Of a stretch of 64,000 nt of DNA, positions 1 through 12,826 are shown piece by piece; position 1 is the first letter of the stretch; every line of letters starts with the position of its first letter. Origin of the DNA: Lytechinus pictus (taxonomy: Eukaryota); assembly GCF_037042905.1 (NCBI RefSeq), contig NC_087251.1, positions 10,976,001 through 11,040,000 on the forward strand, in the 5' to 3' direction. A model generated the notes under the pieces. It was given only the letters and a program-made list of their open reading frames with translations. It was not told the DNA's origin and did not search any database. Both the position numbers and the translations under genes were made by a program.

Positions 1-95
1 TCATCATGTACCTAGAGGCATGTCATTACATCAATAAGAAAGTCAATGATAGCCGAACTCGGGTTAGACTGATCGTCATCCTCGGCATCTATCCA
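1..95 (+). CDS. SLC51A: OSTalpha-like A exon (partial; frame starts at nt 3, ends ..ILGIYP)
   Basis: Open frame homologous to paralog B exon 26550-26707 (MYLE..IMGIYP); donor GTCAGT at 96. Confidence 0.85.
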
Positions 96-3000
96 GTCAG
101 TTCATAATTAATTCTTTTTTCAATGTTATATATTTCAAACATAATCATAATTATTTTAGAAAATACTCTATAAAACAGGATCAACTGGAACAAAAATGTA
201 TATAAACTAGATTGATTTTTGTTTTTCATGTTTTTTTATTTTTATTTTACTTGTCTTGTCTTGTCTTGGGTTAACTCGGCTTATGTAGGCTTTTTGTACT
301 CCACCAACTTTGTTGAAAATGTGGGGTCACCGAGCAAGCAGGTTACTTGCTTACTTTAGGCTATTGTGTGGCTTTTGTTTTGTATTAGTTCAGTGTCTTG
401 GGTTACAGTTGTGCTATGTTCAATTTATTCCAATCATTAATGGTCCGAGGGAAGAAACTGTATTTATGAGCATCCCTTTTGACTAGTTGGCGTCAGAGTT
501 TGTTGCTATTCCCTATAGTCTGCCGAGTGGTATAGGTGAATCGGAGGTGGTGGCAACAAGACCTTTAATTACTTGGAACATAAAGCAAAGTCTACTATCA
601 AATGCTGTTTGATATATATTTTAACCCATAGCAAAGGGTCAGAAATCAAGCATTCACGTTATTTGGTTCGGATAACATTTCTCTTTTTTTTTTAAGGTTT
701 ACTCGACGACATCATTGCTCGCTCTTTATATTCCAAGAGCACATCTTATAACCTACCTGACTGCAACACTGTAAGTACTTAGTCTCTCAACTTCTTCGGA
801 GGTGGCGTGGGTTGGGGGTTTCTTTTGCATTTTAGTAAACCAATGAAAGGGGTAAGCCTTTGAGATTCTACATAGTATGAATCTATTTATCACATTATAC
901 ATGTTATAGAGTTCGCTAGGTTAACCGATATATACTGTACTCTTTTGAATGCATTGATCGCTAACTGAACCAAATTATTTGAACGTGCAGAAAACGTTAT
1001 CGAGCATGCATCATGTTAATGCATGTCATAATAGGGACACAAAGCAAACAATTGTTGTCACCATGATCATAATATTTCTTTTGCTAAATTAGAACGGTAA
1101 ATCTTTGAAGCTACACTATTCTAATTGAACAAAGCTTCAGCCATCTCATGTAGATCGAAATTTAATTGAGATTCAACTGTGTATGAGGCGTAAATGTCTA
1201 GTTACAATCTCATTTGTTACACTCTCGTGTAGATATTTTTCGGTCGCCCTGTATCAGTTCTTGATGCTGATTGTGAGCTATTTTGGTGACAGGGACCAAC
1301 TGATTGTCAAGCTACAAGGCTCAAAGATTCCCATCGCCAGCCCTCCTTTACTCTGCTTCTTTCCTTGTCTTCCAAAACCAGATATGAATGTGTAAGTTCT
1401 CATTATATCTTCTTTGATAAATTTCCACAACTACGTACAGTTTCAAACTCCATCGGCATGGTGAACACACTCTTATTGAACTATTAGCAAATTATTCACC
1501 GCCAACCAACCGATAAACCAAAAAGCTGAACAACTGCACTAAAATTTGACCGCTAGCGAGTCAACCAACAAACCAATAACCACAACCAATTGTTAAAATC
1601 CAACAGAAACAAATCATCATACGGCACATGACAATCAACTAAATGTAGATATCCAACGACAACCATTAAAAATAAGCTAACTTACAAACTCGACGCCCAC
1701 TCTCCTCGGCCACCAATCAACCGACCAAATAAACAACAGCTGACAACCAATAATCATACAACAAAATAATCAAATGTATAATCATCAAACTATCAACTGA
1801 CTGATCATGATTGGGCCTGCCACCGACAGTGACTGTAACTTCTTCTTTCTGACAAATCAGCACGGTCTTTTAGTAATTCGATTACACAAATTTTGTTTAT
1901 CCCTTTACAGCAAGAACCTGCTCCGTCTTCGTCGTCTCGTTCTCCAGTTCGTCTTCATTCGACCGATCTGTAACTTCATCGCTCTTATTCTTTGGGCCGA
2001 CGGAACCTATGTTCCAGGATTGGTAAGTTATCACTTCTACAGTGCTATAAAATTAGATGAGGTTGCTGTTAGTTGGTCCGAGTTAGTTCCTTCACTTTCT
2101 CGGGTTTCTGTTTCGGTTTATTTCCAATTCGTCTATTGCCAATTCGTCCAATTGCCAACTCATCTACTATCATTTGGTCTACCATCAGTTCGTCAACAAT
2201 CCACATGGTCTAATTGCCAATTTGTCCACTCACCATTTCATCTAATAACCAGTTGGTCCATTTGGTCTAATTGGACTAAGTGTTAATTGTGCAAAAAGAA
2301 TGAAATTAAAATGGATATTAGACAAACTGGTTATGAGACTATATGGTGATTAAACGAAGTGATGGTTGGACCAAATGGATATTGAACCAAATGGTTGTTA
2401 GACGAAATGTTGATAGACGGAATGGTATTAGACTAAATGAAAGTAGACCATGTGGTGAGTTGGCAGTAGACGAATCGTCTACAAAACGTGCTCAGGTGAA
2501 CAAATGTTTGAAGATGACTGGCGTCTTTAAAGGGGAATCCAACCCAAATAAAAACTTGTTTTTATAACAAAAATACAAATCAGACAAGTTGATAGGTGAA
2601 AGTTTGAACAATATTGGACAAACAACAAGAAAGTTATGAATTTTTAAAAGTTGTAAATATTGGTAATCACTATACCCATGGAGACTTCAAATTGGCCGCA
2701 TATGGGATGTCATAGTGATGTAAGGCAAGGACTACTCTTCCATGTACTCCAATACATATTATGGCTAAAATGTCATTTTCCCCAAAAGATTTATTTCAAA
2801 TTATATTTTTCTTTCATGAGGGCATAAAGCAATATTCGACCTGGATTATATTTAGATTACTGTCCCAGGGGAATGAGTACTTAGGAGAAAACCACAAATC
2901 CCTGATAATAAAGTACATGGCCTATGGGAAAGTTGTCCTTGCCCCTTGTCATAATTTACTTACCCAGTTGCCAATTTGAAATCTACATAGTATTAGTGAT

Positions 3001-5698
3001 CTCAATTTTAAAGCAGCTATAATTTTCTTATTGCTTGTCCGATTTCTTTCAAACTTTCGCCATTCTGTTTAATATATATTTCTCCTTTCCAACACAACAT
3101 TTTATGGCCAAGGCTGGATTCCCCTTTAAGATCATGAGGATGTTAGCGCTTGATATGATAGATAGATAGATGGTTTATTAATAAAAATCAAGACCTCATC
3201 GCTGCTAAGGCCGAAATGCGATGTATTTACAAGGTAATAATGACACAAAAAATGTTCAAACAATAACACAGATAGTTACAAAATAAATAATACGGATGAA
3301 GTATTGTATTAAAACCACTTGTGTTGTAGAATTCTGGAAAGGAATATTAATTGAAAGTAAAGTGTATGTCTTAGAAACGACTTGTGTGTGTGCAATTGTA
3401 GTATTCAACTATATCATAATAAAATCGGAAATGATCAACAAATTAACGGAAACATTAAACATGTTAAACAAATTGGCAAAAGGTATTTTAAATGACGAAA
3501 ACATTAAGAGATAAAATATATAAAAAACTATATGATTCATACATGTGCTATGATACGATTTTATGAAAACGTGGGTAGCGTATGTGTTAATAATTCGTCT
3601 AGTATACTGCCAGTTTAAATTTTACGTTTATCAATTTTGAATAATTAACCTATATTAATAAATATTAAAAAAAGAAACAAGTTATCTATTAAACACAAAC
3701 ATAATAACATAATGAAGAAATCCTTATATCGGTGGAAAAAAAATGAAGATTATAGTCAGAAGCGTTTCCTGGTGTACAATCAAATCTGAATAATAGAGAT
3801 ATAATGGCGGTAAATTAAAGTAAGTAAAGCAGAATTAAGATTAATCTGAAACTAACCATTTCGTTTAAGGACTACAAATATTACATGAAATAAGAATTGA
3901 TTAATTAATATTATGAATTATATCTGATTTCGAATGCATGTATAGGCGGCCTATTGATAAAGGGAAACGATTTATGAACGTGTCCACCATAATTGCTAAA
4001 GTTTTCTTAGAAGGTCGTTGGTAATTCAGAGGCAGCGGAACGTATTTTCGTTGTGTGTGGGGGGGGGGGGGCAAAGCCAAAACGGGCACTTATATGTCAA
4101 AATGGGCAAGTGGTGCAACGGATATTTTTCCATGAGATTATCATCTACGTGAAGTAGTTTTGTGTTTTGTAGTAATTAATTACAGCGCGAGCTGAATATT
4201 TTTTATATTCTAACTTGAAAAGTTTACATTCTAAGCATATTTTGTAACCAGGAACAGAATGAGTACCCTACTGAACAATAATTGATGCAAGTGCGAAGCG
4301 CGAGCAAATTTTTTGGTGATTTTCTTAACTAAAATGTATAATGTTCAAAGAGGAAATTTCATAAATAAGGCACATTTCATTTCGAAAAAAACGAAATTTC
4401 CCCCTCAGGGATTTTTCTTTGAGGGGGGGGGGGCGGTTCCGCCGCCCCTGAGGTAATTGTTTTAATGTGGCAGTTTATCTATTTTTTAGAGAATAGAATA
4501 AGTACTGAATGAGCAGCATTTATAAATGAATATATTTCTAATAAAGGGTATTGAGATTGAACATATTTTCCGCCTCAAATAACATAAACAGTAATTCTTT
4601 TTCTGACAATCCAGTTTACAGCCGACAGTGCATACGTGTGGCTCTCGGTGATCGCTCTTTGTTCCACCTTTGCTGCCCTCTATGGCGTCATCATCCTTAT
4701 GCGAATCACCAAAGGACCCTTGGAGGGGTATAACGTCCAGCCCAAGTTCTTGCTCATCCAGCTCGTCCTCGTACTCATCACCTCTCAGCTTGTCATCGTC
4801 GGCATCTTCGTGCTCACGGAAATGGTTCCATGTGACTACCCATTGGGGTCGCTAGCCAGGGGATACTGTACGTGGCTTGTGATTTTATTTTTCTTTTCAT
4901 AGCGTCGCAATTTATCCATCATTCTATGATTTCCTTTCTTTATTTTATATATCTGTCCGACTGAATTGCTACAAATATATCCCAATCTTAATTCATAGTC
5001 GCGTGTAATTAAAATGATGAAGTGTTCACTTTCAGTTTAGCTTTCAAGAAATAATTGCCCTCATTATTATTAGGTAGCCCATTTCAATTTAACATATTTC
5101 CCAACAGAAGCTCTCGAATACTATGATTGATGACGCTTTTGAATGTTTGCGTTATTTAAGTTCTCCAAATCTATTATCTTCCGTTTGATTTTCCAACAGT
5201 TCTTGAATATTGATATGATCGATGGTGCTTTTGAATGTTGGCGTTGTTTAATTTTCCAAATGTATTATCTTTCATTCAGATTACTGCGATCTCCTGACAG
5301 TTGCAGAGATGCTGGTGTTCATCACCTTCGCACGGTTCTTCTTCCGAAAGCGCATCGACAGAACACCCTCTGGCAAGGACCACCCCGACCACACCTACAA
5401 CATCAGCAAGCGCAACTCCGAGCCCTATCTCGACATCAAAGAGAGCTACACCTCCTCCGTAACGACCTCAAAGATGAACGGCAACGGCGTCAGCTATAAC
5501 AACAACAATAACAGTGGATCTTTCGTCAACGAAGGAGCGGACGCTGTCGAGGTCGACGTTGAGAACGGGTCTACGTTGAAGTCCTTCAAAAAGCTCGAAG
5601 AGGAAGATGAATATCAGGATAGGGATGAGGTTGATGTCGCGCACGGAGATAGCGATATGCCGACGGACATCGAAGTCAGTATCCAGGAAAATGTGTAG
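1..5698 (+). CDS. SLC51A: OSTalpha-like transporter, paralog A (5' end upstream of window); spliced exons 1-95, 697-770, 1233-1391, 1911-2022, 4615-4867, 5280-5698
   Basis: All introns are GT..AG and the phases join into one open frame: IMYLEACHYINKK..ILGIYP / VYSTTSLLALYIPRAH.. / YFSVALYQFLMLIVSYFG..SPPLLCFFPCLP / ..LVLQFVFIRP.. / ..PKFLLIQLVLVL..VPCDYPL / ..DLLTVAEMLVF. The motifs (GIYP-V-S, PR, Cys-rich loop, LQ...RP, KF..IQ, C..P, EM) match OSTalpha/Solute_trans_a from family knowledge; no search was run. Confidence 0.88.
697..770 (+). CDS. SLC51A: OSTalpha-like A exon (74 nt)
   Basis: Poly-T tract plus AG acceptor, GTAAGT donor at 771; same length as paralog B exon 27702-27775. Confidence 0.88.
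1233..1391 (+). CDS. SLC51A: OSTalpha-like A exon containing the Cys-rich loop
   Basis: TAG acceptor, GTAAGT donor at 1392; YFSVALYQF..PPLLCFFPCLPKP. Confidence 0.88.
1911..2022 (+). CDS. SLC51A: OSTalpha-like A exon
   Basis: TTTACAG acceptor, GTAAGT donor at 2023; KNLLRLRRLVLQFVFIRP..YVPGL. Confidence 0.88.
2113..2477. repeat. Foldback-like element made of ~15-bp subrepeats in inverted arms
   Basis: Left arm has AATTCGTCTATTGCCAA.. units; right arm has the reverse-complement units ..TTGGCAGTAGACGAAT. Confidence 0.65.
2531..3125. mobile_element. Non-autonomous DNA transposon (MITE), Kolobok-like
   Basis: TTAA at 2527-2530 and 3126-3129; TIRs AGGGGAATCCA.CC / GG.TGGATTCCCCT; 595 bp; in an intron of paralog A. 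Confidence 0.8.
4027..4450. mobile_element. hAT-like MITE
   Basis: TIRs CAGAGGCAGCGGAAC / GTTCCGCCGCCCCTG (13/15); flanks TGGTAATT / AGGTAATT (7/8, 8-bp TSD). Confidence 0.75.
4615..4867 (+). CDS. SLC51A: OSTalpha-like A exon (253 nt)
   Basis: CCAG acceptor, GTACGT donor at 4868; same length as paralog B exon 30014-30266. Confidence 0.87.
5280..5698 (+). CDS. SLC51A: OSTalpha-like A last coding exon (last TM helix plus long acidic tail, ends ..IQENV*)
   Basis: TTCAG acceptor at 5275-5279, phase 1 matches the previous exon, TAG stop at 5696-5698. Confidence 0.87.
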
Positions 5699-6835
5699 CT
5701 CTATCTCACCAACTTGCTAAAAGAGAAATGTATCAAGAGCTTAGTATTTTGAAAGGACTCATTAAAAGGGGAATTGTGATATGATGTAAATAATCCAACC
5801 AATACTTTTTTATATTTCTATTTTATTTATACAGGCCCACATAATGTACATGATGATGTTGATATGTGTATAAGCTGTTTTTACAACGATTTTTAAGATG
5901 ATTGAAGGCATCCCATACAGCTCTCTTTGTATTTGATTGTTATCTATTTCTGTCTTCTCACAACCCCATACCTGTTTTGTTTTATATTCACTGTTTTAAG
6001 ATTATCATCAACCAGGACATAAAAGGCATCATTATGATGTTTAAAGAGGGTATCATTTTTTGGAAATGCATTTTTGGTACAATTCGTGTATGTAAGCCAT
6101 CATTCAAAATTTCCAATTTCATGTCTGACTACGGCATCTCGTTGACTGCAAGAGGCTTCTTATTTTAATTTTAGTCTTTGGCCTGTACTAGCCTACGTTT
6201 TGTTGGTTTTAAGGCAAACCTTGTACCTACCTTGTTACATTTATTTGTACCCCCCCCCCCCCTGAATACGATTTTCAACATTGCCCTGCATAGCAAGATA
6301 ACTAATGGTATGCGGAACATATTCATGATTCATGTGCGACGATTGAAAGAATCTCATAGGAACAAAAAAGTTCTTTAATCATTTTTCTAGAACGCAACAG
6401 GCTTGATGTGATAATGACGATTTAAGATTTTGTTGGTTTTTTTTTTAAAATCTTTTCCCCACAATTAGTGTTTTCATATAATATCTTGTAAAGAAAAATG
6501 AAGTTTGTTATTTCTCCATGGTTAATTTTCAAGATGAGTTTTTATGTTGATGTAATCTGTATCTGTAATGACTTTTTAAAACTGTTATATTTTACCCATC
6601 ATCTATACCAATATATTGTAAATATGGTAAATAATAGCAGGACATCTTCTGCACTTGATGGGACTAGAGAATGTTTGTGACATTACCACGGTGCGACTTT
6701 AACTAATTATCAGCAGAGCGAGACAATTGAGTCGAAAGAGAATAGAATGAAGATTAATGAGTTAAAGCTAAAAAGGAAATAAGAAAAAAGGTGGACTAAA
6801 TGGTGGCATGGAAAAGAATAATAACCATAATGTTA

Positions 6836-6961
6836 ATGTTGTTGATGATGATGATGATGATAATGATTGTAATAATAATAATAATATTAAGAAGAAGAAG
6901 AAGAAGTAGAAGAAGAAGAAGAAGAAGAGGAAGGAGAAGAAGAAGAAGAAGATGATGATGA
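6836..6961. repeat. Compound trinucleotide microsatellite (GAT/AAT/GAA)
   Basis: Directly visible runs. Confidence 0.9.
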
Positions 6962-7165
6962 CATAGAATGAGGAAGAAGTAGGATAAAATGGAAGACAAA
7001 AGAGGAGGAACAGGAGATAAAGAAGAGTGGGAAAGAAAAGAAACAAAACAAGAACAATGGAAAACATAGAGGTAAAAACAAAAATATAAAGGAAGATCTT
7101 TACAACAAACTTCAGAAGAGAATGATATAGGACTAAACAGTCACGTGTACGGCTATATAACTAGC

Positions 7166-7439
7166 AATTATCATATGTGTTATGTTGTATTACCATTATG
7201 TCTATGTTGAATTACTAATATGTATTATGTTGTATTACCATTATGTCTATGTTGAATTACTAATATGTATTATGTTGTATTACCATTATGTCTATGTTGA
7301 ATTACTAACATGTATTATGTTGTATTACCATTATGTCAATGTTGAATTACTTATATGTATTATTTTGTATTACCATTATGTCCATGTCGTATTACTAATA
7401 GGTGTTATGTTGTATTACCATTATATCCATCGTATTACA
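7166..7439. repeat. 45-bp minisatellite, ~6 copies
   Basis: Unit TATGTTGTATTACCATTATGTCTATGTTGAATTACTAATATGTAT; produces the spurious 15-aa-repeat ORF 7182-7469. Confidence 0.92.
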
Positions 7440-7586
7440 TGGAAAATATTATATATCATGATTTTGTAAAAATAAATGCATTTCTGTATATTTACATTTT
7501 TTAAAACAAATGATAGCTCACTTTATTTGAATATCCTTTGTACGAATTAGAGAGCATTACGAACAATGATTCTTATCACATTACTA

Positions 7587-7910
7587 TTGTTGTGATGGTG
7601 ATGGTAGTTGATGTTGTGATAGTGGTGGTGAAGGTGATAATGATTATGATAATTGCCATGATGTGTTCTTGGTGGTAATGTTGATGATGGTGTGGTGGTG
7701 GTGGTGGTGATAGTGGGGGGTAATGGTGGTGGTGATGCATTGGTGGTGATGACGGTGATGATGATGATGGTGGTGGAGGTGGTGATGATGGTGGTGGTGG
7801 TGATGATGATGGTGATGATGATGAAGATTATGATGATAATTTGATGAAATTATGTTGGTCGTGGATGGTGGTGATGATGACGTGTTGGTGGTGTTAATGG
7901 TGATGGTGAA
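7587..7910. repeat. Degenerate (GGT/GAT)n microsatellite
   Basis: Directly visible; gives a spurious poly-His ORF on the minus strand. Confidence 0.88.
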
Positions 7911-8638
7911 GGTTTTTTTTGTATCATCGTCATAACCCTGATTGGTAATGTTGGTGTGAAGTTGCAGTGGTGTATCCAGTCTATGTTTCGGCTCATACAC
8001 ACCATAGTCTGCCGACCTACTAATGGTTAGTTTCGCTCATGTTCGCTCATTTGGTTTACGTAGCAGACGATGCTGGCCTGCTAGTTTATACTATACGTAC
8101 GCAGACCCTATTGCAAATCAAAATAAATTCCGGACTCGATACTACTAAATATTTGTTTTCTCAAACTGTAGCTATATATAATAAATATCAGTAGGCAAGG
8201 CTTTATAGTACAAGAACATTGTTACTTTCAAAGTATTATACATCAACATGTAGGTAATCTATTTAGCATTTAGATGACAATCAATCTCGTCTTTTTTACC
8301 CTTAGGGATATTTCAGTGGGAAAACAAAGGTGCCGGTGTCTCGAAAATATGGGTGGCTTCGGACCCTTTGCCATAGCAAGAGTTGTGAACATGGACAATT
8401 TCAAATGAACAGCTAGACGTAAACAGTGAATTAATTGTAATTATATTTACATCAAATTAATGGAAGTGAATTAAGTTTTCTTAAGTTTATCAACCTGGTG
8501 TGAGATTATTAATAATTATAAAGATATACCCGGATTTTTGCAATAAAACATTCATGAAAAGACTGTTCCCTGTGCTGAAGCTCTGTGTGTGGGCATTCGG
8601 ACACTCAAATGCACGGGACTAACAAATATATCTGCTCC

Positions 8639-8841
8639 ATTATAACTGAACTAACCATTATAACTGGGCGTTGTGGTGTGTGCCTGTAATCCAAGCTGTG
8701 GGGGAAGTTACAAATTGATGCAGAGGTTCGAGGTTCGAGCCCGGGTCACGTCTTTCGGATGGTGACGTTAAAGGTCGGTCCCAGACGTAAATAATCATAT
8801 CTGATTGATACACGTCAGACAAAACTCAAATACACAAACAC
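8639..8841 (+). mobile_element. SINE with a 7SL-RNA-like (Alu-domain) head, B-box, Deu/Nin-like core fragment and CA-rich tail
   Basis: 13-bp direct repeat ATATATCTGCTCC at 8626-8638 and 8842-8854. Head CTGGGCGTTGTGGTGTGTGCCTGTAATCCAAGCT (8664-8697) resembles the 7SL 5' end. B-box GGTTCGAGCCC at 8732-8742. GTCTTTCGGATGGTGACGTTAAAG at about 8750-8773. Confidence 0.75.
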
Positions 8842-11800
8842 ATATATCTGCTCCCATCACGTCCTTCTCTCTCTTTAGATAGAGGGTCAGGGGTCTGAAT
8901 CCCATCAAAGCGATACACTAGTATTCTCACCGTATTCACCAATTTAAATAGATATTTAAATCAATAGTTATTTCACTTTGGGAGGGCAACGGATATAAAT
9001 CATTGGTTGGAAATCTATTCAAATGCTTTTTTTATAAGCTGATATATTATATTCGTATCAATAAACCAACCAGTTTAACAAATCTACTTTATGTAGAAAG
9101 TGAAACATATTGTATGTGAATGAAAAGAAAGAAAGAGAATGAAATCGAAACGGGGGTTTGAGAAGAGAAAGGGGAGGGTGATAGTTGCATTCTTTGTTGA
9201 TCTCTCGTGGACATCTCTTCTGTTTAGCTCCCTCTATTGGTCATGTTACTCATATTGGTAATAATGATTTCTCACCAATCTGCAGATAAACAGACCAATA
9301 TGTACAAAAATAAAGATAAAGACAGGGAGAAATACAGTATAGAGGGGAAATTGAGGAGTGAATGGTGATTAAGGAGAAATAGGGGAAGACGAATAAGTGG
9401 GAGGAGGAGAAGGAGGAGGAGAATAAGATTTTTTTATAATCTTTGTTTCTCTGGTGTACTCGTTACAAGATGTGCTTTCAGAGTTGTCACCTTCATCATA
9501 TTGTAACTCTTATAATGTCTTAATGTGAATAATGCTTAGCCCTTGGAAACATCATTGTTGCTGACTTGAATCTTTGAATCTAATTGAATTGAATTCAATT
9601 TAATTTAATAATGCAAGTCCCCATGATGGTATCGTACTTTTACGCTAAGACAGTATTACTTTTCTAAGACTGCTTGATATAAGTTTCATTGTGGGTCATT
9701 TTGTCACTCATAATCTCGAATGCAGATTTGAATAAGAATGGCAATTTAAATAACAGAAATCAGAAATTGATTTCAAAGTCCATATCACTGTCTCATTACG
9801 TTTCCTAAATACATTTTGATTATGGATTTATGACTTAATAACGATTACATACCCCCTCTGGAGATATGTTTCTATCACGTTCAGAGAATGCTATTTGGTT
9901 TGTCTTAGAGTAGCAAATAGATAGATTGAAAGGGTGAGAGAGAAAGGAAAGAGAAGTAGGAGGACAGTTTGGTGGAGTGGAGAGGGAGGTGCATTAGAGA
10001 TGGAAAAAACGGAAAGAGCGAAAGATGGGGGGGGGGCATGTCATAGTAAAGGACGGTGAACGGAGGATTGGAGGGGTGTGGGTAAACATTGTAAAAGGGA
10101 AGTGGGCACAAGTGTACACAGGAGGAAACGGAAAAGGCAATGGCAATTTAGACAGGCCAACACATTCAAATCAATTTAATTTTTTTTTCTACTTTCAATT
10201 TTTCATATTCAAATTGTTCACATTTACATTCGCGATATTACAATAAGTTATTATAATGATTCCAAATTATTTTTTAATGACCGAAAACTAGACAATGCCA
10301 GGCCAGGGAAATGGCAGTACTGCCAACTTGTTATGCTACACGATTTTAGTTCCCAACGCCTGTACCATTATTTTGTTTTTCATTGACCAAGAGGGGGTTG
10401 AGGGGGTCTAAAACCATGATTTTAGGAAAGGCTTTAGTAAGAAGTGTCAAATATTATTTCAATCATTTTCAATTGAATTGGATAATAATTCAATATAGAG
10501 CAGGTCGATTAAGATTTAATGAAAGAAAACTTTTAATTGAAGGCACTTCAGTAAATACTTCTGAAAAGCAACCTCCCAACTCCCCGGTATAATTGGCATT
10601 ATATATAAAACATCCGTTCTATGCATAACCGTCATTTTGATACATTTGACACAGACCTTGCCCCCCCCCCCCCAACCGATCCTGTCCAATGTGGCTCCAA
10701 GCCCCCCTTGAGACGCAGATGGGTATCATTAATAAACTACCGTCTTTGGATTGATACACTTCTAATCTTATCAAAATTACAAATAGCAATCGAAGAAAAG
10801 AGGGTCGTTCTAACGCAATTAGTCGTAGGAAGTGTCAATACAAATTGCAATTGATACGCGTCACTATCCAATATATCCATTGTTTGTGAGTAAATATTAA
10901 CGTTATCTGTACACTGTGTTGAGGTGATGAGCAAGCACGTTTTATTGGGTAATAATATGGTGTAAGTAAACATACAAAACAAGGATGGGAAAGATAAGGA
11001 AGATCCAGTGTCGCCATGGAAATCAGATTCCAAGCCGAAATTGTGAGATTCCCTTTATATCATAATATTTAATTTTTCGATTTCATTTAATATAATATAT
11101 TAAACGCAGTATTTTGGTGCGGCAATTAAATTTTGAATTAACTGTGGTACTTTATACTGCTTCGCTCTTTACTTTGTTTGAAATGATGTTGTCATAAAAC
11201 AACAATAAAATATACAAGGATTCGATTTCATAAAAATTGTAGCCATATACTTATACATAACTTATATGCCCCATAATAATACATCATTTTTAAATACAGT
11301 AAATTGTTGTTTGACTTTCCATATATAAATGTGCGGATAATCTCCATTGTACTGCGCAATGAAGAAACCATACTCATACTTTTTAAAGGACGATATTTCA
11401 TAATGCTATATACCGACATCGAAAAACTCGTTCCACGTATCAGTGTAAAGTTTTGATGTTGACATCGTCTTATTTTGCACGTTTTTAACATTTAAAATCT
11501 TGATTGAATTTATTATTTTTTGTTTACTCCATTCATTATTTGATTTATTTTTTTAGGTGGAATTGATCCCCAATTGGATTGTAAGAATCTAGAAAATAGA
11601 AGTGATGCATGCCTATATATAGTCAAAAATTCATTCGAGTTCATTTTAAACCGATTTCTTATCATTGCGACGAGTAGAGAAGTTGCCGAGCAACGATCTC
11701 GCTTCTTTTGTATTACACAGGCCTTTGTATATCGACATCTATGTTAATGATGGTACAATTTTATTCTTTGAAAGTTTCATGTAATTTGATCCAAAATTGT

Positions 11801-12826
11801 TCTCGTTCAAGAAAGATTTTTAAAAACTCATTGTATTTCTTGTCCAAACGCAACATTTATCCCTAGTTTTCTTCACATGGCATAGAGAAAATTTAAGTTT
11901 GCAACCGGGGCCCCGTCTTCATAAGTATTGCGATAAGATTGATATCTCTTAATAGAAGATCAATCGCAGTTTGAGATTGATCTTAATCTATGTAATAAGA
12001 TGTAAACAGGCACAGTACATTATCTTCTAATATATCATGTAAATCTATCTAATTCCATTTGGAAATATATGTATTGATGCAATTAAAGAGTTTAAATGTG
12101 TGAAATATCCATGTGTTGAAAATTGCAAAACTCGAATTCTAAGTGAATGTAATCGCAAAACGGTGGGGTGTCGTTGGACTTCAGGATTACATTTGGCTTG
12201 TGTTTTTTTTTAGTTGACCCACCGCTGAGATACTCAAGTGCGCTTTGTCATTGAATAAAACCCTCCCGTTGAAGTTTTCATTATTATCATTTAAGGTTCA
12301 AACACCCAATACATTCTCGTGAATTATTTGGGGTTTTCACTCCTTCGTTTCTTTTTAAACCGTCTCTCCCTTTCTCTCTCTTTCTTATCCTCAACCATCA
12401 AAAAAAATTAGTGACAAACCAATAACACAGTAATAATAATCATGATGGCAAATGACAACAACAACAATATTCTAATGATGACAATAATAATAAATAATAA
12501 TAACAATGACAACAATGAAAATAGATACAAAAACAACAATAATTAAAAGAAATATTATTCATTGTGATCATTTTTTCAACTTTTACCTTTAAACCAAGAC
12601 GACCCAAAAGTGCACTAAGAACACCACCAACTCAACTTATGTTTGCCTTGGGGTGCATTTTTTCCCTCGCTTGATCACCACTTTTGGTGAGTTCGCTGTT
12701 TACATTTTGTTCCGTATAGGGTAAACATTTCTGGGCGACCACGTCATAATTTATGCGGATCAGCTATCAATAGAAAATTGTAAAATGTTGTGAGGCGTGC
12801 AAGAAGGAACTTTATGACAGCAACGG

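Noticed and set aside
6768..8000. ORFs with poly-F/L/S/H or 15-aa repeats
   Set aside because: They are translations of micro- and minisatellites.
8003..8072. CATAGTCTGC..GCAGACGATG inverted pair
   Set aside because: Only a 9/10 match and no target duplication; insufficient support.
8664..8745. Functional 7SL/SRP RNA gene or human Alu contamination
   Set aside because: Only the 5' ~45 nt is 7SL-like; there is no S domain, no Alu dimer or poly-A, and it is embedded with a TSD in native sequence.
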